Positions 63,601 to 64,000 of a DNA stretch of 64,000 nucleotides are shown piece by piece. Source of the stretch: Perkinsela sp. CCAP 1560/9 (Eukaryota > Protista > Euglenozoa: Kinetoplastea); the NCBI GenBank assembly GCA_965644495.1, contig CBFFSA010000001.1:248001-312000 (forward strand). Reading direction: 5' to 3'. The notes under the pieces were generated by a model, which saw only the letters and a program-made list of their open reading frames with translations, had not been told where the DNA came from and ran no database searches. A program made the position numbers and the translations under genes. Within the stretch, counting starts at the first letter, position 1; each line of letters opens with the position of its first letter.

Positions 63601-64000
63601 AGGATGGGCGATGCATTGCACAGCTACTTGTATACGCATGGGATACTTATTGACGGAAAATCTTCCAGATCTTTCTAATTGGCTACCTCTCTCCATCGAA
63701 ATGTTACCTGAGACTAAATCGTTGCCCAATTTTTCGGAATATCCGCGCAAAAATTTTCTTACTGGAACAGTTGAGCATGATTTAGATATTTATGGAGCCA
63801 GGGCTTTAGCTGGTGATGACTACGAATCCTACCTGCGAGAGCTATCTATTGAAAACAAAAACATGTTTCTTCAATACGAAATACTTGCATTTTGCCAAGG
63901 ATGGGCAGATGTGACGCTTGCATACAGTTCGTCTGCAGTTGAGGATACTTTAATTTGCCACTTCTTTAAGAGCAGTATTGTGCAGGTCTTCATTGTTGTC
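60605..64000 (+). CDS. Large alpha-helical protein, partial (runs off the window); weak resemblance to Nup205/Nup188-type nucleoporins
   Basis: ATG at 60605; frame is open in every stretch translated manually, including the last line, and the ORF track has no ORF in this frame. FEHGTSFYPKTLGYIVVL resembles the Nup205 E...YPxTxxFxxLL motif. Confidence 0.8.
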   Translation, partial: MSSKSIAVTSCIPSLAESLALFSEDVSGSDIIAARIWALAPDSGDYLEVDKIASSTVKKLCSTLEESRLPTNSLVKTVSWNTMTSLTSLLLAIVSRFNVDCQDFFLMMKTGIRLIMLFAGQVEAREFQVILMLCVAKFMRRASEAFQKVEGAILLIDFSPNSLHRTTFFQILSEGFKDLSGLCLPSDALKAVHGYLSILIMEASCLTRAQSPEDDNHLDMMLSAVNPYAPRCTELPDIVQCSAFEHLMYMIQSSLGSKLSRELLSEYVHSLLCDFVVNMSPVLQRCCQIDRKLETELESSDLNVAYNGVKNNVQIDYSPKRLDVQDTTVHTDVLTKSHSGYHFRLVPCLLELCAVVLKDIKASSTYPANGLCLKSNQSQLNFFVRKFGPLFFQECVQTSHSLLQNLYLLRTVSLYLRVIRFMIRDQESAQDVVSYLAEQDLFPDMQLTNLLSTTTNIVQSQFSNSKKDSRSSRKGSARGNASVGNPDMLVQDDFISEVLSLYEALYFFLDEENDEYKAFHSSDILGVAFEIVCSPASPQIISHAFLLIGSAATRESLLEFVLSTITRVGTLAPMNGTKLLHPNHRAGEYFHEIDMRSVLKFEHGTSFYPKTLGYIVVLYSILSSAGVRSSETVEATDSPTRHSFLGSRPRNKIIIEERQLKPFLDFTVETLLLVGYAKNADESQRWCIIATGLQILLTSTVLSLLKLNQIVAVVALVENIMESLGENLSSADYLPQSFSTAVSSMVHWLFVISFHAPLSGSQMEEVSRRVCRNSQLIYSVIRNLRFEDTSVRCMSLIFLCEIWVHYGMVGSLARDLCAQGKDAVACEDFSFVFSCMSSSSLVFEPGKVFLWNPRLWLNTLDWMCGSQSNARFGKLGGKMFSIEQLEECMLWGMKSLLLQHIIQLIHLPLPSMSSIILGLAASSTKFTRGSLLLLIEDAQSVQIALDQPLYHSLCLECLATLLSYTHIVSDFLLQQTRDPFIRIAGMVMEHFSSLRWNQVGWAMHCTATCIRMGYLLTENLPDLSNWLPLSIEMLPETKSLPNFSEYPRKNFLTGTVEHDLDIYGARALAGDDYESYLRELSIENKNMFLQYEILAFCQGWADVTLAYSSSAVEDTLICHFFKSSIVQVFIVV

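Noticed and set aside
1-64000. tRNA, rRNA or spliced-leader RNA genes; reassigned genetic code
   Set aside because: None recognised by eye (tRNAscan-SE/Infernal not run); long ORFs translate with the standard code and use TAA, TAG and TGA as stops

Overview
Eukaryotic, intron-less DNA with every housekeeping gene on the + strand, consistent with part of a polycistronic unit of a kinetoplastid. The kinetoplastid-type ATP synthase OSCP supports this assignment. The secreted-type LRR family and a Merlin transposon suggest a Perkinsela-like prokinetoplastid, which is inference. Genes found: 5 LRR-family genes, GCP3-like, thioredoxin reductase, COPA, a SHIPPO-repeat protein, UTP12/WDR3, an M17 aminopeptidase, a P4-ATPase, a syntaxin, a J-domain protein, OSCP, MMS19, CPSF3, a stand-alone NPC1 N-terminal-domain protein, several hypotheticals, and a long ORF missing from the ORF track (60605 to the window end). 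Highlights: (1) The thioredoxin reductase is a selenoprotein. The 'stop' at 15543-15545 is an in-frame UGA in a Gly-Cys-Sec-Gly-stop tail, and a clear GUGA-type SECIS follows at 15584-15653. (2) Two transposon nests (2.9-8.8 kb and 36.6-42.9 kb) contain an intact Merlin element, a hAT-like element, Tc1/mariner derivatives, an RLE-type non-LTR retrotransposon remnant with a covarying 3' hairpin pair, and unclassified long-inverted-repeat elements. A dispersed TA-targeting AAC...GTT MITE family occurs both inside and outside the nests. Several insertions are confirmed by empty sites in local paralogous copies. (3) Sharp C-rich to G-rich skew flips sit inside several genes. (4) A tandem LRR duplicate appears to be diversifying at surface positions.
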